A stretch of DNA of 64,000 bases, from NCBI GenBank assembly GCA_965221165.1, contig CBDCRP010000003.1, positions 384,001-448,000 of the forward strand, given 5' to 3'. The stretch is from a bacterium (GTDB lineage: Bacteria > UBA8248). This document shows, in pieces, positions 36,255-45,446 of the stretch. The first letter of the stretch is position 1; each line of letters starts with the position of its first letter. The position numbers and the translations under genes were made by a program. A model generated the notes under the pieces. The model had not been told where the DNA came from and searched no databases. It saw only the letters and a list, made by a program, of their open reading frames with translations.

Positions 36255-36764
36255 TTATTTTTCTTGTTGTTGCAATTTCTCGACCCAGGTACCTCCTGCG
36301 GGAAGAGCGGCCAGTAAATCGGAAGCAGACTTTTTTAGGACAGGGTGAATGATGTCGGGCGCCAGTTCGGCCAAAGGAGTCAGCACAAAGCGCCTCTCAT
36401 GCAAGCGGGGATGCGGCACTTCCAAGCCCTGCTCGCTGATAACCATATCGTCATAGAAGAGCAAATCCAGATCGATTACCCGGGGTCCCCACCGTTCCCT
36501 TCTTACGCGCCCCATTTTCTGTTCAATACGCAAAAGGAGAACAAGCAGGTCCTGGGGACTCATCCCACATTCGAGCGCAAAAACGGCGTTGATAAAGGGA
36601 GGTTGCGCAATAGGCCCTACGGGCTGCGTACGATAAAGAGACGAGGCGGCGAGAAACTTCACCCCCGGGCTTTTCTTCAACTCATCCAGCGCCTGCCTAA
36701 TCTGACGAATCGGCTCACCCAGGTTGGCGCCTGCGCCGATAAAAGCGCGCGCCTTGCGGCTCAA
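36255..36764 (-). CDS. folK: 2-amino-4-hydroxy-6-hydroxymethyldihydropteridine diphosphokinase
   Basis: [17 protein letters not shown] and [12 protein letters not shown]. Confidence 0.95.
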   Translation of the reverse strand: MSRKARAFIGAGANLGEPIRQIRQALDELKKSPGVKFLAASSLYRTQPVGPIAQPPFINAVFALECGMSPQDLLVLLLRIEQKMGRVRRERWGPRVIDLDLLFYDDMVISEQGLEVPHPRLHERRFVLTPLAELAPDIIHPVLKKSASDLLAALPAGGTWVEKLQQQEK

Positions 36765-37936
36765 AACCCAGCCTTCTCGATTCTCTCGAGCGCTTCTTTT
36801 AGCCTGTCTTCCGGAACCGTCAGGGCGAAACGAATATATCCCTCGCCGGAGGGGCCAAAACCGTTCCCCGGCGTCGTGACGACACCGCAATTTCTGAGAA
36901 TATGTGCCGTAAACTCACTCGACGTGAAGCCGTCCGGGCATTTCACCCAGACATAGAACGTGGCTTTCGGCGTTGCCGCCTCCAGCCCGATTTTCTTCAA
37001 GCCGTCAATTATTACGTCTCGCCTGCCCTGGTAAATCTTGCGCATTTCGGCCACACAGCTCTGGTCCGCGCTCATCGCCTTGATGCCCGCTTCCTGCACC
37101 GCACCGAATACGCCTGAATCCACATTCGTCTTGACGGCGCCCAGGCCGGCGAGAGCTTCCGCGTTCCCCACTGCGCACGCGATGCGCCAGCCGGTCATGT
37201 TGTAGGTCTTAGAACACGAGTGGAACTCGACGCCCACGTCCTTGGCGCCCTCCGCGTTCAGGAAGCTGATGGGCTCGTAGCCGTCAAAAGCCATCTCGGA
37301 ATAGGCGTTATCGCTGCACACGATGATGTCATACGTGCGGGCGAACTCTACGAGTTCATTGTAGAAATCCACTTCCGCGCAGGCGGCGGTGGGATTGTTC
37401 GGGTAGTTGATGAACATGAGTTTCGTGTTTTTCGCCACGTCGGAGGGAATCGCGCCCAGGTCCGGCAGAAAGTCATTTTCCGCGGTAAGCGGCATGAAGT
37501 GCGCTTTCCCGTCTGCGAAATACGTGCCGATTTCATAGACGGGATAGGCCGGATCCGGCACGAGCACGTAGTCGCCGGGGTCCACGAACGCCAGGGGGAT
37601 ATGGGCGATACCCTCTTTCGAGCCGATCAGGGAGATCACCTCGGAAGCCGGATCGAGAGAAACCCCGAATCGTGACCCATACCAGTCCGCGCAGGCCTTG
37701 CGGTAGGAAGGCATGCCCTCATAGGAGGGATACTGGTGATTCGAGGGTTTTCGGGAAGACGCGCCCAATTCTTCGATGATGTGAGCGGGAGTCGGCAAAT
37801 CCGGGTCGCCAATGCCCAGGCTGATGATGTCCATTCCCGAATCGGCGACTTCCGCCTTCATCCGGTCGATTTCCGCGAAGAGATAGGGAGGCAAGCGCTT
37901 CAAGCGGTGCGCGCGTTCGATATTGATTGACGCCAT
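36761..37936 (-). CDS. dapL: LL-diaminopimelate aminotransferase-type class I PLP aminotransferase
   Basis: LPPYLFA, LGIGDPD, GSKEG, NYPNNPT and [11 protein letters not shown]. dapB, dapF and lysA are nearby. Confidence 0.82.
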   Translation of the reverse strand: MASINIERAHRLKRLPPYLFAEIDRMKAEVADSGMDIISLGIGDPDLPTPAHIIEELGASSRKPSNHQYPSYEGMPSYRKACADWYGSRFGVSLDPASEVISLIGSKEGIAHIPLAFVDPGDYVLVPDPAYPVYEIGTYFADGKAHFMPLTAENDFLPDLGAIPSDVAKNTKLMFINYPNNPTAACAEVDFYNELVEFARTYDIIVCSDNAYSEMAFDGYEPISFLNAEGAKDVGVEFHSCSKTYNMTGWRIACAVGNAEALAGLGAVKTNVDSGVFGAVQEAGIKAMSADQSCVAEMRKIYQGRRDVIIDGLKKIGLEAATPKATFYVWVKCPDGFTSSEFTAHILRNCGVVTTPGNGFGPSGEGYIRFALTVPEDRLKEALERIEKAGF

Positions 37937-38223
37937 GAAATTCCTCAAGAGTAGTGTTTGATAGAAAAAGGCATGCCCGTTAAGGACTAAGTTTCAGCAA
38001 TTTACATGGTTATCCTGATGCAGTTTCTCGCAAGATGCGAGATTGCCGCGTTCCATGAGCCGGAAACCTAGCACGGCTGGAAAAACACGGCAAGGTTTGG
38101 GGGTGGATGGGGGATGGCGGGGGGAGTTGGTATCGAATGCGGTGGATGTGCCGAATGCAAGAAGGCGGGGTATTCCTACTGAAATAGGATTGTCGACAGC
38201 CCGGTGATTTGATAAAATATTCT

Positions 38224-38251
38224 ATACGACATAAGCACAATGATACGAACT
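38224..38251 (-). other. dif/pdif-like XerCD site (putative)
   Basis: Minus strand reads AGTTCGTATCA-TTGTGC-TTATGTCGTAT, an 11-6-11 layout similar to GGTGCGCATAA-N6-TTATGTTAAAT. Confidence 0.4.
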
Positions 38252-38476
38252 CGACAAACAGTTGAGCAACAACGAACGGCGGACTATTCCATAGATCGTG
38301 GGAGCGGAGTTGCAGGCCTTTCTATATGAACGAGAGTGACGCTCGTGGGGGCGTGCTCGCCGATGTGAAGTTCATCAATGGGGTGGACGAGAAGGAGACA
38401 GGCAGAGAGGTTACATGGTTCAGGATGCCCATATAATCATATGTCTGTTTTTCTAAACATGTGGAGGAACAAGGTA

Positions 38477-38842
38477 ATGAAAAAAGCCATAAGTTGTGGA
38501 TTACATCCACGCCGCTACATAGTGTTTCTATGTTTGAGTTTGGTTTTGTTCTTAGCTATGGCTTGGAGTGGCTCGGCTCTTGCCAGTTGTAGAGCACAAC
38601 TTAACCAGATGCGCATACAACAGATGGGGTCGTGTTCGGCCCAAATGATGAGCGGGATAAGTTCATGCACACGGTATCAATTTATAGAAAAACCATGTGC
38701 GATACCTGCCGCTATAAGATGTGGCACTTATGGAAATGTCACAAACTATGATTGCGTTAATCACTATCGAACAGTTGGCACAGAATGTAAACAACAGGTA
38801 GAGTCGTGGTATCGGGTTCAGTGGAGTCAGTGCAGAAATTAA
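38477..38842 (+). CDS. small secreted cysteine-rich protein in a low-GC islet
   Basis: Signal peptide ending SALA, 8 Cys in the mature part, and AT-rich codons compared with the flanks. Confidence 0.65.
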   Translation: MKKAISCGLHPRRYIVFLCLSLVLFLAMAWSGSALASCRAQLNQMRIQQMGSCSAQMMSGISSCTRYQFIEKPCAIPAAIRCGTYGNVTNYDCVNHYRTVGTECKQQVESWYRVQWSQCRN

Positions 38843-39214
38843 CTTGTATTTTGGGGAGCGGAACATTAGGGCGTAGTAGTTCAAACTTGTAATGCAAGCA
38901 AAAGCTATAGGTGTAAAGGTAACTGGGGGTATAGTTTCTGTAAACGTTGCTGTATTAACTGCTTTGAAGACGCCGCACTCCTTCTGAGATGTACTTTCGA
39001 CGAGCTTAATTTCAGCAATCTAGAAGACGCGCAGCCCCAATGCACCGACATTCGTCCGTCCCCGCCATCACCCGCTCCAAAGCCCAAAACTGCGCCATAA
39101 TCCTCCCGCAGATTGTGTTTCCCCGAAAAAAAGTGCTAACATCCCCGCGTTAAAGAGCACCCCGATGAGGTGTGAAACCATATTGCCCGAACTCTGCTGG
39201 AGGAGCGCATTCCG

Positions 39215-40177
39215 ATGACCTACGTCATCGCGGAACCATGTATCGGCACAAAAGATACCGCATGCGTAGACGTATGCCCGGTCGACTGCATTCATGAAGC
39301 GACGGACGGCACGAGCCCCATGCTGTATATCGACCCCGTCGAATGTATCGACTGCGCGGCCTGTGTTCCGGCCTGTCCGGTGGAAGCCATTTTCGCAGAA
39401 AGCGACCTGCCCTCCCAGTGGAACAAATATACCCAGATAAATGCGGATTTCTTCGCAGGCGATGGTGCTGCCGCGCCCGCGGCGGCTGGCACTGGAGTAG
39501 CCGCCACACCAGTAAAGAAGAAAGCCGAGCCTGAACCCGAGCCGTTGCCCGAGCCCTTGGAGCTCACGGCGGAGGAAATGTATAAGCAACTCTCTGAAAT
39601 CAGGGAGGACGTGGCCACCAACCGGGGCAAAGTGGAAGACGGGAAAATAATGAAAAGATCCCCCAGCCTTATTTTCCTGGCTGCGGCGGTGATATTGCTC
39701 GTGGTTTACGGCATCTCGAACAATTTCTCGAAATCCGTCAACACCAGCCTGTACGGAAAACTGAGCGCTTTTGCGTTGGGGGACAAGAAACCGACGCTTT
39801 CGGGCAGCGTTTACACCGTCAACCAAATGATTGGAGGCAAGGAATATACGCTCCTGGTATCCGATTCGATACTCGGCGGACGGACCTTGCGGCTCCAGGC
39901 GCCGACCGGCCCGATTCAGAAGATATACCACAAGGATGAGAAATTCTTCTCGGACGTCTCGAATCAATACAGCCGTTACTACTATATGTTCGTTGACGAC
40001 AAGAGCGACGGAATAGTCGATTCCATTCTCCAGGTCCGGGAAATCTGGAGCAAGGAAAATCGTTTCCTGGGCCGGTACCACAACCCGATTGCGCCGAATC
40101 CCGAGTTACAAGCATCCTACCAGGAGGCGGCGAAAACACTCGCGAAACAATTCGGGATCGCCACATCGGGCGCCTAG
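39215..40177 (+). CDS. FdxA-type (7Fe) ferredoxin fused to a TM helix and an extracytoplasmic domain
   Basis: MTYVIAEPC...CVDVCPVDCIH...CIDCAACVPACPVEAI, an Ala/Pro/Glu linker, and TM LIFLAAAVILLVVYGI. Confidence 0.8.
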   Translation: MTYVIAEPCIGTKDTACVDVCPVDCIHEATDGTSPMLYIDPVECIDCAACVPACPVEAIFAESDLPSQWNKYTQINADFFAGDGAAAPAAAGTGVAATPVKKKAEPEPEPLPEPLELTAEEMYKQLSEIREDVATNRGKVEDGKIMKRSPSLIFLAAAVILLVVYGISNNFSKSVNTSLYGKLSAFALGDKKPTLSGSVYTVNQMIGGKEYTLLVSDSILGGRTLRLQAPTGPIQKIYHKDEKFFSDVSNQYSRYYYMFVDDKSDGIVDSILQVREIWSKENRFLGRYHNPIAPNPELQASYQEAAKTLAKQFGIATSGA

Positions 40178-40357
40178 CGCAGGGATAAGCCTCACCGTAT
40201 CAAGTTATTAAAAATTGGACTTATATACACGCCTCGACACTGGGATTCCGTGCTCTGGATGAGAAAGGGAATGACCTTCGCTTTTGCTCACGGTAATTTC
40301 GCCGAGGGCGGTGGGCTGAGGAAAAAGAAGTCTTTAACTGAAGTATATAATTCCCTA

Positions 40358-40879
40358 TCAAAAATCAACCTTGTCCGCCTCGTCGGTCTCCGGGAATGGG
40401 CCTTCCTTGATCTCGATGGCCTTCGTTCCCGCTTCGAGAAATTCGATGCGGTGCCCCTCGTACATGAGGATCAAATCGCCGGGGTCTAAATCCACGTCGC
40501 CCGCATGCTCCCCTTCTTTGGCGTACACCCCGACTCGCATACGGCCTGAGCGGCATATCATGATCTGATGGCGCGTCGTGTTCGTGGGGCGTTCGGTCAC
40601 CTCGTGGTAGTGCGGGTTCACAACGGCCCCGGGGTTTCTGTTCAACATGACGATTTGTAGCGGGTTTTCATCCGGCGTCATATGCGCCTTCGTTCTTCTC
40701 TCCGTTTCCGGGTCGGCGCCCGAGTAGGCTTCCGCCAGATGGGCGCGCTCTTCTTCTGAGTCCAGAAAGGGAGGGAAAGCCGCATAATCGTCAAAATGAT
40801 TTCTGATGACCAGCGCCAGCGTCCTCCCGTCCGCAGCCTTCACGTATTCGACGCCGGCCGCCTCGATTTCTTGAGCCAT
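40358..40879 (-). CDS. cupin-fold hypothetical protein
   Basis: PHYH...HQIMICRSG and LDPGDLILMYEGH resemble cupin motifs 1 and 2. Confidence 0.65.
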   Translation of the reverse strand: MAQEIEAAGVEYVKAADGRTLALVIRNHFDDYAAFPPFLDSEEERAHLAEAYSGADPETERRTKAHMTPDENPLQIVMLNRNPGAVVNPHYHEVTERPTNTTRHQIMICRSGRMRVGVYAKEGEHAGDVDLDPGDLILMYEGHRIEFLEAGTKAIEIKEGPFPETDEADKVDF

Positions 40880-40932
40880 CAGCTATCTCCTCACGATGTC
40901 ATGGACACATAGATTATAAGTAATGAAATTTC

Positions 40933-41730
40933 TTAAAGCCCCAGCACATCCGCCATGCCGTATACGCCGGGGGATTTCTTGGCCACCCACCGGACTGCGC
41001 GAATCGCGCCTGCCGCGAAATTATCCCGGCTGCCCGCCCTGTGCGTGATTTCCACCCGCTCGCCCATCCCGAAGAAATAGACCGTGTGCTCACCCGGCAC
41101 GTCGCCGCCGCGCAGCGTCTGCATGCCGATAACGCCCTCGGGGCGTATTCCGGTTTGGCCTTCGCGGTGAAAAACCGCGTCCCGGGGATATTTCTTGCCC
41201 ATCACACGGGCGAGAATCTCACCCATGCGCACCGCCGTTCCCGAGGGAGCGTCCACCTTCTGGTTATGATGAACTTCCATCACCTCGACGTCGTAAGCCT
41301 CGCCCAGGAGCCTGGCCGCTTCTTCTATCAGCCGAAAGGTGACGTTCACCCCTACGCTCATATTCGGCGCAACGACGCAGGCGATTTTTTCGCCTAGACC
41401 TGCGATTTCCTCGCGCTGCGCATCGCTGAAACCCGTGGTGCCGACGACGGCCGCCATTCCTTTTTCAGCCGCCAGCCGCACGTGGGCGACGCTCGCCTCC
41501 GGAATCGCAAAGGAGACCAACACGTCGCCACTCAATGAAGATGAATCTGAAGTAAGGCCGACGCCCAACTCCCCGCAACCGGCGTGCCCGCCCGCATCTC
41601 CTCCCAATCCCTCAAATCCCTCACGCTCGAGCGCACCCGAGAGGGAGAGGTCACTCGATGAGACGATTTGGTGGATGATGCGGCCACCCATCCTCCCGCC
41701 GGCTCCGGCCACAACGATTCGTATCGACAC
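40933..41730 (-). CDS. dapB: 4-hydroxy-tetrahydrodipicolinate reductase
   Basis: GAGGRMG, VGTTG, APNMSVGVN, EVHHNQKVDAPSGTA and RGGDVPGEH. Confidence 0.97.
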   Translation of the reverse strand: MSIRIVVAGAGGRMGGRIIHQIVSSSDLSLSGALEREGFEGLGGDAGGHAGCGELGVGLTSDSSSLSGDVLVSFAIPEASVAHVRLAAEKGMAAVVGTTGFSDAQREEIAGLGEKIACVVAPNMSVGVNVTFRLIEEAARLLGEAYDVEVMEVHHNQKVDAPSGTAVRMGEILARVMGKKYPRDAVFHREGQTGIRPEGVIGMQTLRGGDVPGEHTVYFFGMGERVEITHRAGSRDNFAAGAIRAVRWVAKKSPGVYGMADVLGL

Positions 41731-41810
41731 GGGATTCCCTTTCCAAGGTATAAGAAAAATCAACAAGTTATTGATTCTAAAGCACATTATACTTGTTTTG
41801 GCTCAAAGTG

Positions 41811-41839
41811 GGAACCTGCCGGCGTCATAACGGGTGTAG
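41811..41839 (+). promoter_or_regulatory. putative ECF autoregulatory promoter
   Basis: GGAACC-N17-GTGTAG upstream of the ECF sigma gene. Confidence 0.35.
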
Positions 41840-41901
41840 GAAGAGAAAATGTGAGAATATCTATTCTCGGCCCGTTTATTTTATACTACAAGGCGACTAA
41901 G

Positions 41902-42528
41902 ATGTCCTCTTTGGCAATACCGGCATGGGGATTTGGCCTTTTGGAAGCCCCGCACGAAGAGCACGAAGAGTCTGCCTGGATCAAGCGCTGCCAGAACGGC
42001 GACAAAGATGCTTTTGAACCTTTGGTTCGCCAGAATGCCGGAAAAATCCAACGCCTCGTGTGGGGGATGCTCGGTGAACGCAGAGAAGAGACCGACGATA
42101 TCGTTCAGGAAGTATTTCTGAAAGCGTATATCGCATTGCCCAGATTCAGAGGGGACGCCAGGTTCTCCACCTGGGTCTACCGTATCGCGGTCAACCATTG
42201 CCGCGATTACCTGAAGCGCGGCGCGCCATTGCCGGCAGAGTTCAGCGAAGAACAAATCGCCGATGATATCGTACCGGAAGACGCAGAGCACCAGGACGAG
42301 CAACGACTCATGCAAGAAAGACGCGCAAGCGATGAGCTTCAAAAACTCTTGGCGCAATTGCCGGAAAAACATCGCCGGATCCTGGTAATGCGCGAACTCG
42401 AGGGAATGAGCTACGAGGAGATTGGCGACGTGCTCCAGATCAAAGCCGGCACGGTGCGCTCGAGGCTGAACCGGGCGCGCGCAGGCATTCTGCGGGTGGC
42501 GGAGAATGCCCGGGAGGAGAAGTCATGA
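41902..42528 (+). CDS. ECF (RpoE/SigW-like) sigma factor
   Basis: DIVQEVFLKAY, FSTWVYRIAVN, GMSYEEI and GTVRSRLNRAR. Confidence 0.93.
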   Translation: MSSLAIPAWGFGLLEAPHEEHEESAWIKRCQNGDKDAFEPLVRQNAGKIQRLVWGMLGERREETDDIVQEVFLKAYIALPRFRGDARFSTWVYRIAVNHCRDYLKRGAPLPAEFSEEQIADDIVPEDAEHQDEQRLMQERRASDELQKLLAQLPEKHRRILVMRELEGMSYEEIGDVLQIKAGTVRSRLNRARAGILRVAENAREEKS

Positions 42529-42980
42529 GCTGGTGGAAAGACCTCTTCGAGACCCATCGAAACGCGCAGGGTTGGGATGCTCCCCGACCGGAGAACGAGA
42601 CGGTCACCGAACTTCAAGCCCTATTCCAGGCCGCGCGAGATGATGCCCCGACGCCCGATGAGAAACTTTGGGAGAAGCTGCGCCCCCAGCTGGCCGCCCA
42701 TGAAACAGGAGTGCTCCGCCCCCTGTCGTTCATCACGACACTGGCCACTACGGGGCCGAGACTCGCCGTGGCGGCCCTGGGAGTCCTGCTCCTCGTTGCG
42801 AGCCTTTTCTGGAGCCAGGGCGCCGAGAGGCAGATGCGCGTTTTGGAACCCCAGACGAATCTGGTGGTCAATTTGGACAGAAATCCCCTGAACCCCATTG
42901 TGATGATTGGCAACGGCCTTGAAGCGCAAACGGGCCAGGATTTGCTCCAATACGTCGCCTACGGCTCACCAGAGCGTTAG
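42525..42980 (+). CDS. putative single-TM anti-sigma factor
   Basis: Overlaps the sigma stop codon and has one TM helix. Confidence 0.6.
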   Translation: MSWWKDLFETHRNAQGWDAPRPENETVTELQALFQAARDDAPTPDEKLWEKLRPQLAAHETGVLRPLSFITTLATTGPRLAVAALGVLLLVASLFWSQGAERQMRVLEPQTNLVVNLDRNPLNPIVMIGNGLEAQTGQDLLQYVAYGSPER

Positions 42981-42997
42981 GCTTTGAGACAGAGACA

Positions 42998-43651
42998 ATG
43001 AAAACCTGGTTTACAAAAGAATTCATGAAGGCGTCGGCCGTGCTTTTCATAGTGTTCGCCGCGGGCGCAGGCACCGGCTATATCGGTGGACGCAAAAACG
43101 CGGAATACAAGCTTGGAAAGGAGCGAAAAATCTTTTCTGCGCGCGAGAGCCGCTCCCGGCTCGCCGAATCTGTAAAACCCTCCACGCTCCGGCGGGAGCG
43201 GAGCTCGAGGCCGAGGTCCGTGCAGGAAGGCAGAACCCGCGCTCCAGTGTCCCCAACACGCTCCATGAGCATGCAGGAGCAGGACTTGAATCTGCGCGCG
43301 CGGTTCCAAAAGATGGAGCGCGCGCCCCAGCACTCCCGTCGCGCCAGAGGTGAAAAACGTTTCATGCGCCGGCTGGAGCGGGACCTGAATCTCAACCCCG
43401 CGCAGCGCGATAACGTGGATCGCGTGCTCCAGCGCCATTATGAGCGGATTCGCGACATCAGGAACCAATTGAGGCCTCAGATCAATTCCATCATGCAGGA
43501 AATACGCAAGGATGTGCGCTCTTTCCTGGATAATGAGCAAAAAATATCCTTTGACCTTATGGTCAAGAAATTCGAGGAAAGACGCAAAAGGAGATGGAGA
43601 AAAGGCAGAAAGCACCACCCAGGCGACCCGGCCGGTCCGTCGAAGAAGTAG
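42998..43651 (+). CDS. membrane-anchored helical protein, Spy/CpxP/heavy-metal-sensor-like
   Basis: TM with FAAGAGTG, LNLNPAQR, and LDNEQK (LTxxQ-like). Confidence 0.6.
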   Translation: MKTWFTKEFMKASAVLFIVFAAGAGTGYIGGRKNAEYKLGKERKIFSARESRSRLAESVKPSTLRRERSSRPRSVQEGRTRAPVSPTRSMSMQEQDLNLRARFQKMERAPQHSRRARGEKRFMRRLERDLNLNPAQRDNVDRVLQRHYERIRDIRNQLRPQINSIMQEIRKDVRSFLDNEQKISFDLMVKKFEERRKRRWRKGRKHHPGDPAGPSKK

Positions 43652-43718
43652 CAAGACCTTGTAGTAGATGCGATGCCGCCAAGATGAAACGCAAACGCCT
43701 TATCGGAGGAATTCGAAC

Positions 43719-44318
43719 ATGAAACGTCAGAAACGCCTCACCCTGTCGACAGCCGTCATGGCCGCCGTATTCAGCCTCGGTCTCGCAGGCACAGCCCTGG
43801 CCGCCAACGAGGAATCTTCCCAAGACCCCATGCCGAACTTTCCGCAAATCATCGAGAAAATGATGGAAGACGTACGTTTCGGCGGACATCGCAGAGGGCA
43901 CCGCGAACTTCCTTTCTCGGCGCGCCCGCTGGTTTCCATCTCGCTGCGGAATCACGAAGAGCTCAAGCTCTCCGACGATCAAGTGAAACTCCTCAAGGAC
44001 ATCAGGGACGCGTTTTCCAAAAAGGCGGTCAAACAACGCGCCGAAATGAAGTCCCGCAGAATCGACCTCAAGCGTGCGCTTGATAATGAGAAGGTCGACC
44101 TCACCGACGTGGAAAAGAAAATACGCGAGATCTCGAACATGCGGGCAGACTTGAGGATTGCGCGCCTCAAGGCGATTCAGGAGGGAAAATCCGTCCTGAA
44201 CGCCGAGCAGCAGAAGCAGCTATCGAAAATCGCCCGCAAGCGTCCCGGCCGGGGTCCCAGATTCCACCGGCAAATGTTCAAAGACCACGGCTTCGGGAAC
44301 CGGTCTCAGACTTATTAA
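43719..44318 (+). CDS. Spy/CpxP family periplasmic chaperone
   Basis: Signal peptide ending ALA, ELKLSDDQ and VLNAEQ motifs; GGAGG RBS. Confidence 0.8.
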   Translation: MKRQKRLTLSTAVMAAVFSLGLAGTALAANEESSQDPMPNFPQIIEKMMEDVRFGGHRRGHRELPFSARPLVSISLRNHEELKLSDDQVKLLKDIRDAFSKKAVKQRAEMKSRRIDLKRALDNEKVDLTDVEKKIREISNMRADLRIARLKAIQEGKSVLNAEQQKQLSKIARKRPGRGPRFHRQMFKDHGFGNRSQTY

Positions 44319-44393
44319 GTATCTCTGCCCCCCTGCGGCATGGCCTGAAGAGCCGTGCCGCAGGGACCCGGGGCATCTTGTTCGGAGCGGACC

Positions 44394-44543
44394 ATGTGGA
44401 TTTTGATGTATGAGATATATGCCGGTTACGATTTGCTCGATTTCGCCCTGATAAGCGCCATCATCACGGCTTCGGGGATGGTGTGTATTCTCCTGCGAGA
44501 ACTCTGGCGGGATGATTTCCCAAGCGCAGCCACATCCGAGTAA
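44394..44543 (+). CDS. possible small membrane protein
   Basis: 49-aa ORF with a hydrophobic stretch FALISAIITASGMVCILL and GGAG upstream. Confidence 0.35.
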   Translation: MWILMYEIYAGYDLLDFALISAIITASGMVCILLRELWRDDFPSAATSE

Positions 44544-44609
44544 CGCCGGCGCTCCCACCCAAATCCAGTCACTCCAAACGCCAGGCAGGAATTGAAATTC
44601 TCCGGCTTT

Positions 44610-45446
44610 TCATAATTTGATTCCAAGGAAGGCTTCTTCCGTCATCTCTCCCTGGTAGACGAGCCTGGTTTCCCCTTCCATATAGACATCGCGAACTTCC
44701 GCTCCGCTGCCTTCAAAATAGATCTTGAGTATCTCCCCGCTGCGCACTTTTACGTCCACGGGCGCGGTTACAAACCCGCGCGTGGCGGCGAGTACCGCCG
44801 TGGCCACGGCGCCCGTGCCGCAGGCGAGGGTTTCATTCTCCACCCCTCGCTCATACGTTCTTAAAATCAAAGAACTATCCCCGCTTACCTGAGCGAAATT
44901 CGCATTCGCACCCGCCGGAGCAAACTCACCATGGGTCCGAATCGCCCGGCCATCGGCCACGATATCGACCGTCTCGACATCGCTCATGAATTCCACGGCA
45001 TGGGGGACGCCGGTATTCATGTGATCCAGTAGCACTCCCCTTCCGTTGATATCGAGCCGAATCCCCGCGCGATAATCAAAGGGCCGGGTCATTCTCAGCT
45101 TTACCCTTGAATCGCTCATCGTCGCATCGATGACGCCGGCGATGGTCTCGAACGACACCGAATCCGTGGCGATTCCCAACTCTTTCGCAAAGCGCGCGGC
45201 GCAACGCCCGCCGTTTCCGCACATCTCGCCCTCGGAGCCATCGGCGTTGAAAAACCGCCACTTGAAATCGGCCCGTTCGCTCGGCTCGATGAACATCAGC
45301 CCGTCGGCGCCCACGGACTGGCCCCTGCGGCAGACTCTTTGGACGAACCCAATCATCTCATCGGCCTGGTGCTCCAGATTTCTGTTGTCGATGAATATAA
45401 AATCGTTGCCGCTTCCGCTGAACTTGGTGAATGCGATTTTATTCAC
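44610..45446 (-). CDS. dapF: diaminopimelate epimerase
   Basis: GSGNDF, GADGL, NADGSEGEMCGNGGRC and ERGVENETLACGTG. Confidence 0.97.
   Translation of the reverse strand: MNKIAFTKFSGSGNDFIFIDNRNLEHQADEMIGFVQRVCRRGQSVGADGLMFIEPSERADFKWRFFNADGSEGEMCGNGGRCAARFAKELGIATDSVSFETIAGVIDATMSDSRVKLRMTRPFDYRAGIRLDINGRGVLLDHMNTGVPHAVEFMSDVETVDIVADGRAIRTHGEFAPAGANANFAQVSGDSSLILRTYERGVENETLACGTGAVATAVLAATRGFVTAPVDVKVRSGEILKIYFEGSGAEVRDVYMEGETRLVYQGEMTEEAFLGIKL

Noticed and set aside
38099-38130. G-quadruplex-like G-runs
   Set aside because: There are only three long G tracts, and they are better explained as one arm of the degenerate inverted repeat.
41759-41771. IHF consensus AATCAACAAGTTA between dapB and the ECF sigma gene
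   Set aside because: Plausible but short and common, so it is not informative on its own.
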